From positions 27,921-91,920 of the IMG/VR virus record IMGVR_UViG_3300000727_000007: a stretch of DNA of 64,000 bases; one strand, given 5' to 3'. The notes under the pieces were generated by a model. It saw only the letters and a program-made list of their open reading frames with translations, was not told the origin of the DNA and did not search any database. Positions 7,396-18,300 of the stretch are shown piece by piece. The DNA comes from a virus. Its lineage: Duplodnaviria > Caudoviricetes. Every line of letters begins with the position of its first letter. The stretch's first letter is position 1. Both the position numbers and the translations under genes were made by a program.

Positions 7396-7725
7396 ATGGT
7401 ATCAGATAAAACAAAGGCTTTATATTTAAAAGCAAGAAGAAGTGAAGAATCCCGTGGTGCCCTTCATAAAGCCACAGAGGAAGCTCAGCTTCAATTAAGA
7501 AAAGAATTAAGAAAATTAGGTTATGGCCGATGTTATGGCACTGCTGTCAATGTATATTGGAGACCATCATTTGGAATAACAATTCATTTCACTGAAGATG
7601 AGTTACACAATGATGAACTACAAACCATACTTGACTTCTTTGGTGTAGAAACATATAAGCTGTACGGTAAGGGCAACGGTAATATAAGTATTCAATTAAA
7701 AGTTGATTTAAATGTTATATGCTGA
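7396..7725 (+). CDS. hypothetical protein
   Basis: AGGTGA RBS, operon packing. Confidence 0.65.
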   Translation: MVSDKTKALYLKARRSEESRGALHKATEEAQLQLRKELRKLGYGRCYGTAVNVYWRPSFGITIHFTEDELHNDELQTILDFFGVETYKLYGKGNGNISIQLKVDLNVIC

Positions 7726-7921
7726 AATAACAGATATAACAACAGAACGTATAGATACTGTTGTTATACACTTTAGGAATCCAGATGGAACCACAGATAC
7801 AGCCAGGATGAGTTATAAAACTTTCATAGATGATGTTCTAAAGAACATTAAAATGAAAGTTGCTATAACAAAAATAGCTGACTTGGGCTGGTTATACTGT
7901 GGTCTGTATCCTAAAGAATGA
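7712..7921 (+). CDS. hypothetical protein
   Basis: Overlapping operon packing; last gene of the + strand block. Confidence 0.55.
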   Translation: MLYAEITDITTERIDTVVIHFRNPDGTTDTARMSYKTFIDDVLKNIKMKVAITKIADLGWLYCGLYPKE

Positions 7922-8066
7922 GAGCCAGAGCTAACATGGTAAACATAAAAGCCACCCATGTCCAAACTCCATAATCTGGCTCTAATTTAACTATTTTTTT
8001 AAGTGCTATAATCCATAGCAGAATAATAAAAATGAGCGTTAATAATTTATATTCTATGTTTTTCAT
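7911..8066 (-). CDS. 51-aa two-TM membrane protein (holin-like candidate), not in ORF track
   Basis: MKNIEYKLLTLIFIILLWIIALKKIVKLEPDYGVWTWVAFMFTMLALALIL. Confidence 0.6.
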   Translation of the reverse strand: MKNIEYKLLTLIFIILLWIIALKKIVKLEPDYGVWTWVAFMFTMLALALIL

Positions 8067-8268
8067 TCCTTTCACGCCCAATACTATCCATTACAATACT
8101 ACCTAGAAGATATCCTCCAATCCAAACTAAAGCTACGATTAGAGAACCTAAGTAATCCACTATGTTCATTTGACAATAGAGGTAGTAATAAGTATAGAGC
8201 GCTATTACACATGCCGGAAATGTTATTAATCCAACAAGGAATTTTGCTTGTTCGTATTTGTTTATGAT
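8047..8268 (-). CDS. two-TM membrane reading frame without canonical start (ATA/ATC start or -1 frameshift extension of the upstream gene)
   Basis: IINKYEQAKFLVGLITFPACVIALYTYYYLYCQMNIVDYLGSLIVALVWIGGYLLGSIVMDSIGRERNEKHRI; fills the gap between flanking genes exactly. Confidence 0.5.
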   Translation of the reverse strand: MINKYEQAKFLVGLITFPACVIALYTYYYLYCQMNIVDYLGSLIVALVWIGGYLLGSIVMDSIGRERNEKHRI

Positions 8269-8621
8269 GCTCCCCCCTGTAAAATTACTCCTGCGAGGAA
8301 AATTATAACCATGAGAGAGCCTGTTATAAAAGCTATTATCATTTTCCAGATGTTACTATTAATAGTATTTACATCTTCTTTAGTAGCTTTTTTCTGCATG
8401 TCTTCTTCTAAGCATTCTATACGTTTTATAACATCGTCTTGTTCCCTACAATCATATTCATCTTTCTTATCTCTGAGCTTGTCTGCTTCTTCTAAGTTAC
8501 GCACTCTTTTTTCTATTTTGTCTTGTTTCTCCAGAAACTTAGTATCCTTTTCATCTCTTTCTCTAAAAAGGTCAATAAGAATATCTAATTTGTCCTCTGC
8601 AGTTAACTCCTTTTTAGTCAT
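8262..8621 (-). CDS. coiled-coil protein with C-terminal TM helix (XhlA-like, lysis-associated)
   Basis: Charged heptad region followed by IWKMIIAFITGSLMVIIFLAGVIL; located at the end of the tail operon. Confidence 0.65.
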   Translation of the reverse strand: MTKKELTAEDKLDILIDLFRERDEKDTKFLEKQDKIEKRVRNLEEADKLRDKKDEYDCREQDDVIKRIECLEEDMQKKATKEDVNTINSNIWKMIIAFITGSLMVIIFLAGVILQGGAS

Positions 8622-8649
8622 TCCCCCTTCCTCCTTGGTAGTTTCAAAA

Positions 8650-8940
8650 CTACAATATTGTTTTTTCTATTTTTTCTTTAATTTTTGTGGATGTGAAATG
8701 TCCATCGGGGAATGTTATATCTAATTCAATTTCTGCCTTTCCTGAATACTCAAGGAAATCAGATTGGGTAATATATCTGACTTCCCCAGCTTCAGCGTTT
8801 TCAATTACACAATCGAAAGTCTTTACATCATTTGCAAGTTTGAGTACTAGCTTTACAATTGCGTTGGTTAAGTTTACGGGCATACCCATTTCATCAGTTA
8901 TTGTAAATTTTAATTTTGTTCCGTAATCTCCTTTTCTCAT
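8650..8940 (-). CDS. BppU N-terminal-like fibre/baseplate anchor protein
   Basis: GDYGTKLKFTITD..GMPVNLT...AEAGEVRY...AEIELDITFPDG pattern. Confidence 0.7.
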   Translation of the reverse strand: MRKGDYGTKLKFTITDEMGMPVNLTNAIVKLVLKLANDVKTFDCVIENAEAGEVRYITQSDFLEYSGKAEIELDITFPDGHFTSTKIKEKIEKTIL

Positions 8941-8951
8941 TGCAATTCCTC

Positions 8952-11900
8952 CTATCTTGGAAGTAATATGGAAGTGTCAAATAATTTTTGGATTGAGGCT
9001 TTGTATTCTTGGTTCTTTAATATTCGAACAGTATATTCAATTATTAAGAATATAATACCAATGTCATCAATACCGCTTACTTCTTCCGTAATAGTAAACC
9101 AATTATGTATGGTAGCTAGTTCTTCTATTTGAACAGATTCGTCTAACTCTATTTTTGCAAATAAATTAAATAAGTCCTGTATCTCTTCAATCTTATCATA
9201 GATTCTGTGAATCTCTATGTGCTTAATCTGTTCATCATGTTGTCCTATGTCTTCTATATTTAGTTCAATTTCTTCCCTGATTGAATCTAAAATAGACCCT
9301 AATTCCCCAATTACTGCGGTTACATTAAGCTTAACATTATCGGAAAATGTGTTACCATCCTGTATTTTTGTGTAATTATATAGTGTAATTAAGGTTTCGA
9401 TTAGCTCATTTTTGTCAGGTACTGTAAGAACATTACGCGCTTGTATATCTAAGTCCATATTTTCATTGTTTGGTATACATGTATTGACAGAAACTTGCAG
9501 GTTTTGTTCAATAAATTCAGCTATTGTTTGTGCAAAAACTTTATTCAAGATATTTACATCACTGGAACCCATCGCTAAATCAGGTGATGTTTTACTTGTT
9601 GACATAGTAGTTGTATCAGATGCGCCTGGATAAACCCAATCTGTAAGAGTTGTTCCTTCTTCTACTTGAACATCATCACACCATAGAATGTCTCCAACAA
9701 CTAATGAATCGAATCTAACGCTGACACAAATAGCGTTTGCAGTTGCAGGTGTTGTTATCTGAACAGATAGTCGTGTCCATTCATTTGAAGTGTCAAATTT
9801 TGAACTTTGAGTTTGTGATAGCCAAATACCATTATTATAAGCTTCGGCATTTATATACATTTTAGTCTGGGTCGTTAATTGTGATTTAACCCATAAAGAA
9901 CATGTATATACTGTACTTGGTTTTATATATTGAGGGAAACCATTAGATGGCATTGTATTATTTGGCTGTAAACCTTTAAAGGTACAATTTGTATTTACAT
10001 CACCTCTAAAACAACCAGTGCCACTGTGTCGTTCTAAAACAGTATATGACCCTATTATACCTGTATGTGAATACATACCTGTGGTATTCCCTAATTCATC
10101 ACCACATGTGGCAACGTTTGGATGTATTTTGTTTTTAACATTTTCGATGTCATAGACTGTTAATTTGTTTTTCATGTTACCTGTGTCATTAGAGGCTCCT
10201 AATGATGGATATATCCATGCTGTTGCAGTAGAACCTAATTCTAATTGACATTTTTTAAAAGTAAATGAATCTCCATCAGCTACATTTAATATCATTATTT
10301 CATTATCGCACCCGTTTGCTCCAGCTGGTGCTGTTCCTGTTACAGTCAATAAACTATACGTAGAATTGATTGGTGTTATTGCCCCATAAGTTCTACTTAA
10401 AAATGGGTATGTTCCACCACTACCAGAAGAGTACCACACTATCGTTGCTCTTGCATTATAAGAACCGTTTGTTTTAATTAAAGTTTGAAATGTATAAGTC
10501 TGACCTGGAATTATTTGAGTTATCCCTTTGTATGTGTGTATATCAGATTTTGTAGTTCCAGATGTGTTAGTTACTGTTGCTATTGGGTCTGGGTCGTTTG
10601 AATAACTTATTATACCACCACCAGAAACTCCCCATTGTGTAGGGTCAGCCCTATATGGCTGCAATATATTTCCTTGTATTTCTGCAACTGGTACTTTAGC
10701 ATTCATTGTAGCTGAATCTTCTTTATATTCTACAAGCCACCCTTCATCATACCATACTGATTCTCCTTGTCCTAGTGAACCACTTATTAAAGGAGTGACA
10801 CTGGTTGTACCTGCTGGTACAGTAAATACAAGAGATACATAAACCCAATCATCTGTAAGAGTTGTAAAAGACCCTGTGGCACTACTAACAACTGAACCCC
10901 CAACCCAAAATTGAGCACTAGCTCTGAATTGTCTGTTATTTCCTGTGCTTTTTGTATATGCTTTCCAATAATATGTTTTACCTGGTGTTAGTGACTGTGC
11001 GCTGGCAGATATAGTACAGCTTTGAACACCAACATAAGAACTTGTAAGTTTTACAGAAGCTGAACCTTTATAATACTCAGTTGTGTCTCTAACAAAAGTT
11101 CCGGTTCCAGTATTCGCTACCCAACTAGCTAATCCCATAGGGTCTGCTTCACAAGTTTGTGTGTTATAAGGTAAAACATTATTTCCAACTGGTATTGATT
11201 GATCTGCAACTGATGTTTTAACTTTAGGATATGGATTATCAGTTAAACCAACAACAGATGGATAAGTCCATGCTGTGGCAGAAGTTCCTTCTTCTAATTG
11301 TAAATCGTCAATTAAGAATGTTGTTGCAATTGTACCGCTTGTTCTTACCACTACTCCAACCCAAGCTGCATTAGATTGAGATACTCCTGTTACAGTCGCA
11401 TATTGCCATGTTCCATTAAAAGTTATATTTGAGGAAGTCCCAAATGTACCAATATATATATTCTGAGAAGCATTAGCAACGAGAGCTAGATTTGCAATTA
11501 CTCCTGGTGTACCTTTAACCCAACAACTAAACGTATAGGAAGTATTTGGTTTCCCAGCGTACATAGTGATGTTTGCGCCTTCAAAACTATTAGCTGTGTC
11601 AGTAACTATTTGAATACATCCAGTTCCGCTATGGTAATCTGAGGTTATTCTTGTTATTGTTTCTGTTCCTTTCCATTTACCAATTCCACTAGCAGAATTT
11701 AATACGTCTCCGCCTGTTGCAGCGTTTGGATTTAAAAGGTTCTTTTGAATTTCTGGTATTGTTGTTTTGGTTTGTATATATAATGGGTCGTAACTTGGAA
11801 TTTCCCAAACAGTAGCTGTTGCATTTTCTTCAAATTGCCAATCATCTGTCCAAAAAGTAACTGAATAATTTTCAGAAGAACATACATTTAATTGAGTATT

Positions 11901-14390
11901 ATATCCGTTTGCACCAAATGTACGTGTTCCAGTAAGTCTTTGCCACTCTCCAGTCATTACAATAGCGGTTGTAGTTGTAGCGTCTATAAAAATACCGTTT
12001 GAATTTCTTTCATATATTTGAAGATTCATTCTATCTCCGGCAGTACCTTTTACCCATGCACTAAATGTATAGGTATGCCCTGGTAATACTGTATGATCCC
12101 ACCAATTTAGAGTCCTCAATCCTTGCTGAGGGAAGTTTGCAATTGTTGTGACTTTAGCACATCCTGCCCCTGAATGAGAAACTGTTGTATCATATGATAC
12201 AGTTTCAACACCTTGATATCGTGATAGTTTAGTACTAGGTCCTGTAACACTTTGTTCCATATCTCCACAAGTAGCTTGATTTGGATATAATTGGTTTTTG
12301 CTTAAGGTTTTATCATAGATTGTTAATTTGTTTTTAGATTGAACACTGTTATCATTTTCTACGGACATACTTGGGTATTGCCATGTTGTAGATGTTCCTT
12401 CAATTAATTGGAAAGCGTCTCCCCACCAAGTAATAGCTTGCGCACCTCCAATGGTATAAACTTGGCCTAAATATGTAGTTTTCCCACTAACGGTAGTGAT
12501 TTGAACAGATACTTGTTGCCATGAACCTGTTCCTGTTACATTAATATAAATTGTAGAGGTAACTCCATTTGTAAGATTAAAACGTACAGTCGCATTTACA
12601 GGTAACAATAACCATCCAGAGAAAGTATAAGTTGTATTAGGTTTTAGGTTAAACCATCCCGTGTTATATCCTTCACCATATGAAACTATTCCAGGTGTTG
12701 TACATTTAAAACTTCTTGTTCCTTGATAAGACTGAGATGTATCAGATGAAAGTATTTCGCCACCTGTTTGCCATCCAAAATAAGATGTATTTCCAAGTGC
12801 ATCTGTTCCACTAGCGACATTTGGATGTAATAAATTCCCTTGTGTCTCTGTAAGAGGCACTTGTGCTTTTACTTGATAGCTATCGCTAGGGTATTCCATA
12901 AACCATACATCATCTACATATACTGCATCACCAACATGTAATGTATTAGTTCCATTTACTGTCATACTCAAATTGTATGTACCTGATACTGTTGGAGTTA
13001 TGGTTCCTATTAATGTATCCCATCCACCTGTGAATGTTTTTGCACTAAAGAAATGATTAGAGCTTGCATAATTCACATTAAAGTAACAATAAGTTTCTTG
13101 ATTGTGATTATTTTTAAAATATTTAACCTTCATCATTGCTAAATATGTTTTTCCTGCTACCATTGGAATACTTAAGAAATTTGTAGTGAAATAATCGTCT
13201 TGTGGATTATTTATATCCGTTATTGTTATTTTAGCGCTTGCAGAACCATTATATTTTTCTGTTGTATCACGAGATAATGAAACTGATAATCCAGTTACAC
13301 CGTTTGCCCCAATTCCTGTTAAGTCTGTTTCAATAGCCTGTTGATTATAGCTAAGCATATTGCCTGGCTGCCATTCAGAAACTGTATTACCTAGTTCTAC
13401 TTGTATTTGTCCTACCCAGAAAGTTGCAACGTGTGCTGCTCCGGAATTAACAAAAGCAACCCCGTTGGTTGTTGCAGTACAAACCCAAGTATAAGATACG
13501 GATTGCCAATCACCATTACCAATAACAGGGGATTGTCCAATACCTGTAACAGTACAATAAATAGCTTCTCCAACAGTAGTTTTTATTTTAGCGGAAACAG
13601 TATAAGTTTGTCCCACAACTAATCCACGTGGCTTTATAAATACTCCTTGGTATTGTCCACCTGTATCAGTAACTACTTTTAAACTTCTATTACCACGATA
13701 ATAAACAGTAGAATCACTTGTAAATGTTCCACCGTTATTTTGATAAAATCCTGTTGTATCTCCGGTTGTATTTGTACAATTAGCTGCGTTTGCGTCAACT
13801 ATATTTCTTGGTGTAAATTGGTCTGAAACAGAAGCTATTTTATTATTAAAACTTAATTTTTCGCCTTGGAAATTTTGTTTAATACTAGGGTAAGTCCATG
13901 CTGTTGCACTAGACCCTTTTTCCATTTGTAATTCATCAACAAGAAAAGTTATAGCTTGTGGGGTTGAATTTGTCCTTATATATATTGACATTGAATACCC
14001 TGTTATTGATGGGGTAAATGAATATGTGATATATTGCCAATCTCCAGTACCAGTAAAAGCAGCATCTCCACTTCCACCACCAGCAGAATAAATTCTAAGA
14101 AGCATACCAGCACCTGCTGGTGCTTTTACCCTTGCAGAAATAGTATAAGTAGTTGCTTCATCAACATAAGGGTAAGATTGCGAATACATATTTTCATATG
14201 CAACAGTTCCAGAAGTAACTGCTTGTATACAACCTGTTCCACTATATTTATCACTTGTTATTCTACTTACAGTTACAGTAGAACTAGAACTAAAAAGTGC
14301 TGCACTATTTGAGACATCTCCACCGGTTGCAACATCGGGATGTAATAAATTCTTTGCTGTTTCATTTACTGTTACTATTTTGTCTACCAT
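8952..14390 (-). CDS. giant adhesin/fibre with nine CBM4/9-like carbohydrate-binding modules
   Basis: Nine modules, each starting NLLxPxxA-like and most ending QxExGxxATxWxYPS; acidic ~18-aa repeats at the C-terminus. Confidence 0.8.
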   Translation of the reverse strand: MVDKIVTVNETAKNLLHPDVATGGDVSNSAALFSSSSTVTVSRITSDKYSGTGCIQAVTSGTVAYENMYSQSYPYVDEATTYTISARVKAPAGAGMLLRIYSAGGGSGDAAFTGTGDWQYITYSFTPSITGYSMSIYIRTNSTPQAITFLVDELQMEKGSSATAWTYPSIKQNFQGEKLSFNNKIASVSDQFTPRNIVDANAANCTNTTGDTTGFYQNNGGTFTSDSTVYYRGNRSLKVVTDTGGQYQGVFIKPRGLVVGQTYTVSAKIKTTVGEAIYCTVTGIGQSPVIGNGDWQSVSYTWVCTATTNGVAFVNSGAAHVATFWVGQIQVELGNTVSEWQPGNMLSYNQQAIETDLTGIGANGVTGLSVSLSRDTTEKYNGSASAKITITDINNPQDDYFTTNFLSIPMVAGKTYLAMMKVKYFKNNHNQETYCYFNVNYASSNHFFSAKTFTGGWDTLIGTITPTVSGTYNLSMTVNGTNTLHVGDAVYVDDVWFMEYPSDSYQVKAQVPLTETQGNLLHPNVASGTDALGNTSYFGWQTGGEILSSDTSQSYQGTRSFKCTTPGIVSYGEGYNTGWFNLKPNTTYTFSGWLLLPVNATVRFNLTNGVTSTIYINVTGTGSWQQVSVQITTVSGKTTYLGQVYTIGGAQAITWWGDAFQLIEGTSTTWQYPSMSVENDNSVQSKNKLTIYDKTLSKNQLYPNQATCGDMEQSVTGPSTKLSRYQGVETVSYDTTVSHSGAGCAKVTTIANFPQQGLRTLNWWDHTVLPGHTYTFSAWVKGTAGDRMNLQIYERNSNGIFIDATTTTAIVMTGEWQRLTGTRTFGANGYNTQLNVCSSENYSVTFWTDDWQFEENATATVWEIPSYDPLYIQTKTTIPEIQKNLLNPNAATGGDVLNSASGIGKWKGTETITRITSDYHSGTGCIQIVTDTANSFEGANITMYAGKPNTSYTFSCWVKGTPGVIANLALVANASQNIYIGTFGTSSNITFNGTWQYATVTGVSQSNAAWVGVVVRTSGTIATTFLIDDLQLEEGTSATAWTYPSVVGLTDNPYPKVKTSVADQSIPVGNNVLPYNTQTCEADPMGLASWVANTGTGTFVRDTTEYYKGSASVKLTSSYVGVQSCTISASAQSLTPGKTYYWKAYTKSTGNNRQFRASAQFWVGGSVVSSATGSFTTLTDDWVYVSLVFTVPAGTTSVTPLISGSLGQGESVWYDEGWLVEYKEDSATMNAKVPVAEIQGNILQPYRADPTQWGVSGGGIISYSNDPDPIATVTNTSGTTKSDIHTYKGITQIIPGQTYTFQTLIKTNGSYNARATIVWYSSGSGGTYPFLSRTYGAITPINSTYSLLTVTGTAPAGANGCDNEIMILNVADGDSFTFKKCQLELGSTATAWIYPSLGASNDTGNMKNKLTVYDIENVKNKIHPNVATCGDELGNTTGMYSHTGIIGSYTVLERHSGTGCFRGDVNTNCTFKGLQPNNTMPSNGFPQYIKPSTVYTCSLWVKSQLTTQTKMYINAEAYNNGIWLSQTQSSKFDTSNEWTRLSVQITTPATANAICVSVRFDSLVVGDILWCDDVQVEEGTTLTDWVYPGASDTTTMSTSKTSPDLAMGSSDVNILNKVFAQTIAEFIEQNLQVSVNTCIPNNENMDLDIQARNVLTVPDKNELIETLITLYNYTKIQDGNTFSDNVKLNVTAVIGELGSILDSIREEIELNIEDIGQHDEQIKHIEIHRIYDKIEEIQDLFNLFAKIELDESVQIEELATIHNWFTITEEVSGIDDIGIIFLIIEYTVRILKNQEYKASIQKLFDTSILLPR

Positions 14391-14431
14391 TGTTCATCCT
14401 CCTAAAAAAGAAGAGAAGTTAGAGAATGAAC

Positions 14432-15004
14432 CTAACTGAATGTAACGGTCTGGATTCCAGTCCAAATCTGCCCAGCGAGCTTGGTTCCTTGAGGTGAGAC
14501 TTTTCTGTTCAGTAAAGTTGTTCCTCCACTTCCATTAGCTATTCCAAATTCATTCCAACCAAAATTAGCTTCTGCTGATTGGAAAGTACTCTGGAAGGTA
14601 GCTGTTTGTGCTGAAACCTGTGGATAAGTTGAATCCATTACTTTGAATAATTTATTAGTTGCAGCCTGTAATGTGGTTTGTGTTGCAACTTCTGCTACAC
14701 TACTGTCTCCTACACCGAAGTAGGCACCTGCGTTATCCCATTTTGTTCCTGTAGATTGGGTCATTAAGTTAAGCATGTTGGTTATTCCACCATTCAAAAG
14801 TAAGTTCCCATTAATTACAGTAAATTGAGGGGCACCAAAAAGTTCCATAGCTTCGTCTAATTCGTATGTTGCTTTATCTTTCCAATCTCTTCTGGATTCA
14901 TATCTTTCAATATACCATGTGGTTGTTCTTTTTATTCCTTCAGCGACTTTTTGAGCAGACATTGTGAGAACGTCTCTGTCGCTTGCATTTACAAAGTCTC
15001 TCAT
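14432..15004 (-). CDS. virion fibre subunit (collar/bead-type protein)
   Basis: NLLLNGG..YFGVGD...TFQSAEANFGWNEFG...LNRKV..GTK pattern of phage fibre-associated proteins; followed by a T-rich terminator. Confidence 0.65.
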   Translation of the reverse strand: MRDFVNASDRDVLTMSAQKVAEGIKRTTTWYIERYESRRDWKDKATYELDEAMELFGAPQFTVINGNLLLNGGITNMLNLMTQSTGTKWDNAGAYFGVGDSSVAEVATQTTLQAATNKLFKVMDSTYPQVSAQTATFQSTFQSAEANFGWNEFGIANGSGGTTLLNRKVSPQGTKLAGQIWTGIQTVTFS

Positions 15005-15258
15005 TAGATCCCCTCCGCTTCTCTTTCTGCGTTTAATTGTGATTCTACCATAGCTACAGCATCTGCTTCTTCCATACCTAAAGATATGAGAGCATCAACT
15101 CTAGGCCTTAAAGCTACGGCTAATTTTTCATTTATTACATCATCAGTATCTTGATTTGCTTTTAATATTTTTATAAACTTGACAGCCTCTAATTCGTAAG
15201 TACTATCGTTTTGTGGGTCATAGTACTGTACGCTTAAGACTCCTCCTTGAATTGCCAT
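15004..15258 (-). CDS. hypothetical protein
   Basis: GGAGG RBS; coupled stop/start with the next gene. Confidence 0.65.
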   Translation of the reverse strand: MAIQGGVLSVQYYDPQNDSTYELEAVKFIKILKANQDTDDVINEKLAVALRPRVDALISLGMEEADAVAMVESQLNAEREAEGI

Positions 15259-15312
15259 GTTAATTTCCTCCTGAAATTAATATTGTCTATTAATTTTCTA
15301 AACTTCTGTGCT

Positions 15313-18300
15313 TTAATAAAGATATGGGTTAATGAAAGGATTGATTCTTGGTTTTATCGGCCTATACTTTACGGGAAGTATAGCAGAATATACAGCACTG
15401 GCTGTATCCAATGTAACATTACAACCATTAGAATTAGTTCCTCCTGCTTTCACTTTCCTTGCTTTTGAAGTAGCTCGTGCAGTTTTTAATTTAACAAGAG
15501 CATCTGTTTTAACAGTAATCAAGTTAGCTGAAAGTGTATTCTCAGCAGATTCTAAATAAACCCTATTAGTTAGTTTTCCTAGTGGATTCGCATAAGCTCT
15601 AAGCATAGCTGTAAATAATCTTACTACTTTTGGGGCTGGAGCTCCTACATCTACTGTGGCAGGTAAAGCTGAAAACTCAGCAGATGGTAATTTAAGCATT
15701 TTAGATGGTACCATAATAGATTCAACATACATATAATCAATATTTGCTGGATATCTAGTACTATAATATCTAAGTGCCATACCTTCTGTTTCTGTAACCT
15801 TAATAACATTGGATATACTTGTTATTAATACGTCGTTTAAATAAACCTTGTAAACATCTGTTATATCTCCAGGCTCTAATACAACTTTTAATTCATTTAT
15901 ATCTGTATTAGGAGTCCAACCATCAGAATAACCCCAATAATTACCATCTGGGACATCTTGCATGTATAATTCTCCACCATCATCAATAACCACAACAAGG
16001 GATTGTTGATACCAACTACCTGTTACAATACCGTTTATTTTAAATTCGAGTAATTGTTGGTGGTGTTGAAGGGTAGGAAATTGAAATTTAAGTCTCCATT
16101 CTTTGTAAAGAGTTGCATCAGGTATATGAAGTACTGAATAAACGTTTGAACTTACAAATTTCACCATATTATTTTCTACTTCTATTGAACCATCATCAAT
16201 TGTAAAATCATTTAAAGTTCCATCTGTAGCGTCATATGACCTATAATTTGCCATATCTTTTACAGCTATTACTTGTAAAGGCATTGCTGTAGCTTCAGCT
16301 ACAGCGGTATCCATAAATGGATAATTAAACCAGCCAAGTTCTGCAACTGTTATATATGGTATTGTACAGTAGTTTGCGCTTTCAGCTCCAGAATCCAAAT
16401 GAATCCATATTTTTGAAGATGTAGTATATGTATTATCTATTATTTTTCCAAGAACAATATCGTCTAAAAATAGAGTAAATCCGCCAGCTAAACTTCTTTC
16501 CACTTTTATTAAATGGTCTGTTTCAGTTAGTCCTGTCCAGGTTTTTTCAATTAAAACAGTTCCAGGATTTTTAATTAATTTAATTTTACTATCTGATTGT
16601 GTTACAACCACAGAATATCCAGTTGTTCCAATAGTATTTCCACCAATAAAGTTCCAAGTTAAAGTAGATGGGTTATTATAGAGCCAATTAAATGGTAACT
16701 CCCAAGTTCCATAAGCTACATCCGAAATCATATAATTAGTTGAATAATCGTTTGGGAAAGCATACAATGATTCAGTTGCTGAATTAGGTATAAATGGCCA
16801 ATTATAATTTTCTCCATTTTCTTGGGTTATGGGACAAACCATCCTATTCCATTGAGTTGTAGGTGTTGCTTCAAAATGCATATGAGCGGATGGTAAATCA
16901 ACAACTGCAGATCCATAAGGTGTGGATTCATAATCCTCTACAACAAAATTAGTTATAGTTCCACCAGTGTCTTGCCCTAATTGTTTAGCTGTAATCATAT
17001 AATATCTGCACCCATCTAATGGGTCTTTAGGATTTCGTGCTGGAAATCCAGGTAAAGTATCATATGATTCACCTGCTTTGTAAACTACAACTCCATCAAT
17101 TCTTAATCCTGTAATATTTGCGTATGCTGGAGATTCTGGTACAACATTATCGAATCCAGATGTATCTCTGATTATTTCTATATGATGGCTATTACCATAA
17201 AATGGAACAGGAAATGAAACATATGGAATGATTGCTTGGTCTTCATACATATGGTCTGCATCGTGATCTGCATAAGTCGCACTAGCAAGTCCCATTTTAT
17301 ATCCTTTTAATTCTGTATCATAATAGAAAGTTACTCCTGTCGCATTATATATAGTATAAAAAGGACAGGTTTCACAATCTTGTCCAGTGCTTGTATCTCC
17401 TAAATTACCGACAAAAATCTGTGTTTTTCCTTCCCAACTTACATCAAAAGATACTTTCCCAAATCGAGCAGCATATTGATTTATTGCCAATCCAAAAGAA
17501 TCTCCATAAAGAGCATCTGGGTGAAGCCAAACACCATCCGTTACTGGATGTATTTTATCAATATCTTCTCCTACAGCATCGGCATATCCACCTATAATTG
17601 TTAATACGTTTCCTCCAAAAGAACTTCTTTTAGCATCCTCTAATTTATAAATTGAGGCATGCGCATCAAATGGTTCTGCTTCACAATTCATTTCTGGAGT
17701 AGGTAAATCAACAATACATGGAGTATGTATGTCACCCACATATCCTATGGTTTTGATAACTAAATCATCAAATTTAGTTGGAGAATCTCCTTCATTTTGA
17801 AAGGCAACTTTAGAAGCGGTAAAGTCAATCCAATTAGATGTTGTATATACTACATTTTCATTGTATAAAACAGTCCACACTGCGCCGTCTTTTATTAAAC
17901 CTATGGTTATATCTGTACCTAAAGTGTAATCATTTGTAATCCATTGCGTTGTGTTTTCACCTGTTTTAATTATTTGGATAACAGTAATAGGTCCTCCATC
18001 AACATTTATCCAAAGTGAATTATATTGAGATTCATCTGCATTATAAAATCTAATTCTTCTTGTACCATAACTAGATGCATTTAGTTTAAATGAACATATA
18101 AAAGCATTTGAATCTGGTATTGTTGCTTTCGCTTCTCCAGCGACACTAGTACTTAAACATCCATCGGCAATACTCCATCCACTTGGTATATCAGACCATT
18201 TACTTAAATCTCCACTAAAATTTTCACTAAAAAGAATAGCTGGAGTTGGATAAATTCTAACTAGTTTCTTTTTAGTTACTGTATTTGTTCCATTTGTATT

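Noticed and set aside
7921-7984. Inverted repeat AGAGCCAGA/TCTGGCTCT as ncRNA or terminator
   Set aside because: It lies inside the 51-aa membrane ORF on the - strand and has a long unpaired interior.
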